From the NCBI RefSeq assembly GCF_001194135.2, contig NC_068987.1, positions 96,250,171-96,314,170 on the forward strand: 64,000 bases of DNA, written 5' to 3'. The position numbers and the translations under genes were made by a program. Positions 61,376 through 64,000 of this stretch are shown here, piece after piece. This stretch comes from Octopus bimaculoides. Its lineage: Eukaryota. Position 1 is the stretch's first letter. The number at the start of each line of letters is the position of its first letter. The notes below the pieces were generated by a model. The model saw only the letters and a program-made list of their open reading frames with translations, was not told the DNA's origin and did not search any database.

Positions 61376-61478
61376 AGATGGAGTGGGATGAGAGAAAGAG
61401 AGATTGGGATGAGAGAAAGAGAGACCGGGATGAGAGAAAGAGAGACTGAGATGAGAGAAAGAGAGACTGGAATGAGAG
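61376..61478. repeat. 21-bp purine-rich minisatellite, about 5 units
   Basis: GGGATGAGAGAAAGAGAGACT units. Confidence 0.9.
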
Positions 61479-64000
61479 AGTTTAAATTTTTATTTGGTTG
61501 AGTTTGTTTCTCATGTTTCTGGTAACAGTAAAATAAGTCCTGGATTTAGATTTGGGAAGGCCCTAGACTATATACACTTAGAGGTCCCTTGTTAAAAAAA
61601 AATTACACTGGGTCTTCCAAAAATTTAATTTAATTATTTTAAAGCCAGTATGGGTTGTCAGGCCCAAAGTTGTAGCTTGTTTAGTTTATGTATAAATTCA
61701 AGACTGGTATAGGTTATATGCTACAGTTAATTTACCTGTGGTATTTCTTCCCTACATTTGTTGTTTTGTGTTACACAATGGCTGTGAAGTTTAAATGCTA
61801 GACTTCTTTTTTATTACAAGCTGCATCAGGAGGAAAGATGTGCAGCCATAGCCTTTGCACATTGACTGAGACTAGTGAAATTGATGTCATTAATGCCCTG
61901 TTTAAACTGTTGCATCAGCAGGAAACATATGAGAAGCAAGAACATTCCAAAGAGCTGATGTTGTTGGGAGGAAGAACTGAGTATAATATTAGTAAAGAGC
62001 TTATGGCAGTAAAAGCTACAGAATCATTGGCACACTGGGCAAAATTTTTAGCAGCGTTTCATCTGTATTTATATTTTGAGTTCAAATTCCACCAAGGTTC
62101 ACTTTACTTTTCATTCTTTTGGGGTGGATAAAATAAGTACCAGTAGGACACTGGAGTCAATGTAATCAACTTACACCCTCCCAAAAATTGCTGGCCTTGT
62201 GCGAAAATTTGAAACCGGTTTTAGTTCAGAGCTTGGTGGGGAGAGTTGTATATATAAGATGGGAGCCTGGTGGGGTAGAAGGGGCTAAGTTTGGAAGAGG
62301 TTGGTCTAGAGTGTGTAGTGGGAAGTTGGATGCAAAGTGGGGAGCAAAGGTGCAGCCTTTCTTCATGGGGAAACTGCTCACAAAGCCATTGTTGCTGAGA
62401 AGTGGAAAAAAAGATGATTCCACAAAGTCAGTTACAATTATTTTGGCAAGTGACTAAAAGGATCAGCTGCACTTTGGGAGGCAGGACAGCTTCAGAACTG
62501 TATGATGCACAAAGGCATCTTTTGCAGTCTTGATATTTGTCTGGTGAGACTTCCACTGCTAGCTAAACGCCATTAAACTTTGGGTGTTGGTTAGATTTTC
62601 AAAGCATTATAGGCCGTTTTTTATGCCTGAACTGGTTAAATAATTCTAAATTTGAATCTTATAACTACCATTGTGTTAAACCTAAGCTAAGTTTCAGCTC
62701 TGCTTGCTCCAGATTGGAACTGGAATCTGCAGAGAGTCAGTAAAATGGTATTAATATGTCCTTTATTACAACATCATTTTACTACCTCTACAGAACTTGC
62801 TTTTTTTATCCTCTGATTTTTGTTGGTGAAGAATAAAAGTTCATAATGATGTACTATCTTCTGTTTCTTCCTTACAGTGTAAAATTAATTACCTTGAACT
62901 CCTGTTAGTCTTATTGGTTTTCTTTTTTTTTTTTCTATTTTGTTGTTAAAAATCTTCTGGTTCCAATTTGACTGAATGATAAAAACAGGCTTCACTTCCT
63001 ATTTCACAGTCGAGTGATTAGAATGAGTAAGGCCATCTGGTTATAAAAAAACAATTGCTTCAAGAAAAACAATAATATCTCACCCATGCCAGCAGGAAAA
63101 AATGGATGTAGAATAGTGAAATATAAGTTAATGATACATGGTGTTCCTGAGCAGACAGTTACCACAAGGGAGATAATCATTTCTTCATAATATTTGGTGG
63201 GATAGAAATTTGAATTTGAAATAAAGGAATTTTAAAAAAGATGCATAAAAAACAAATATTTCATTTCTTTTGTTCTTGTTATTGCATACTTAAAGTTTTT
63301 AAAATTTCATGTCAGTGGAAATTCTTGTACAACACTGTTTCATTCTTTTTAGAAGTCACCAGAATGACATAACCTGAGGTGTACTAGTTTAACATTTTAT
63401 AAAGCAAGTCATTTCTTGTAGATGAAAAATAAGAAAGTCATGAATGTGTGTTTTGTTTCTTTTCCATTTTCTTTATAGAATGCTAGTACTTTAGCAATCA
63501 AGAGACAAGAGAAAGTTCTTAGTGTCTATATATAGGACAACTATTTCCAAAGAGTTTTGTCAAGTGTAGGTGTCTTATCATATCTAATATTTTAGTTTCA
63601 ACTACAAGCAAAATTCACAACCATTCTGATATATTCTTTGAAGTAAAGATATTAGTTTCAAGCTGCTATTTCATAGTAGTAATCCCTCATTATGTAGAAG
63701 AGACACCTCTTCATAGACATAATGACTTGACTTTTATTCAATGGTTTAGTTGGATCATTTCAGCTTCATAACCAGAGTTTTATCAAACATGTCCCCTAGC
63801 AGACAAGAGAAAAAGTTATTTCTTCATAATATTTGGCAGTATATATAATATTCTATCCTTATTAAAATTTTATTCTTGGGAACATTTAATTCTTACCTAA
63901 TTAATAGTCTTATTGAACTTGTAGTATAGCTAATCCTTATTATTTGCTTTATAGTAGAATAATCTTTAATCTATATAAAACTGATAATGAGTTTTATAGT

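Noticed and set aside
62188-62457. G-rich 89-aa ORF or G-quadruplex
   Set aside because: No homology recognised, and the G-runs are irregular and widely spaced.
52110-63500. Plus-strand splice-like signals suggesting an antisense gene (acceptors near 52120, 60063, 63478; donor near 60796)
   Set aside because: The frames close quickly and give no recognisable peptides; this cannot be supported without RNA data.
61166-64000. Upstream SLC15A4-like exons (ExxERF motif, TM1-3)
   Set aside because: I translated several candidate minus-strand segments (for example 61800-62000 and 62400-62760) and none gave PTR2-like peptides with compatible splice sites.

Overview
AT-rich, microsatellite-dense eukaryotic genomic DNA with four N gaps. 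The repeat landscape (tRNA-headed SINEs, RTE tails ending in (GAT)n, mariner, Helitron and Penelope relics) suggests a coleoid cephalopod, probably Octopus; this is inference. I reconstructed three multi-exon genes by hand from GT/AG boundaries and frame continuity. (1) CDC16/APC6 on the minus strand: 14 coding exons, 21503 down to 1311, with the 3' end outside the window. (2) An AKAP14/AKAP28-family gene on the plus strand: 5 exons, 21685-32819, 227 aa, head-to-head with CDC16 across 181 bp that contain an RFX X-box and a CCAAT box. (3) A POT/PTR2 peptide transporter of the SLC15A4 type on the minus strand: 7 exons, 61163 down to 36232, with the 5' end outside the window. The most interesting non-gene signals are several long fold-back palindromes whose arms carry degenerate Penelope-type hammerhead ribozyme motifs, a long-TIR MITE with an 8-bp target duplication, a 2.3-kb Helitron with recognisable ends, and a Cys4 motif between two predicted amphipathic helices in the AKAP14-like protein. 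I found no CRISPR array, rRNA or bona fide tRNA gene. All coordinates were counted manually; repeat boundaries are approximate.
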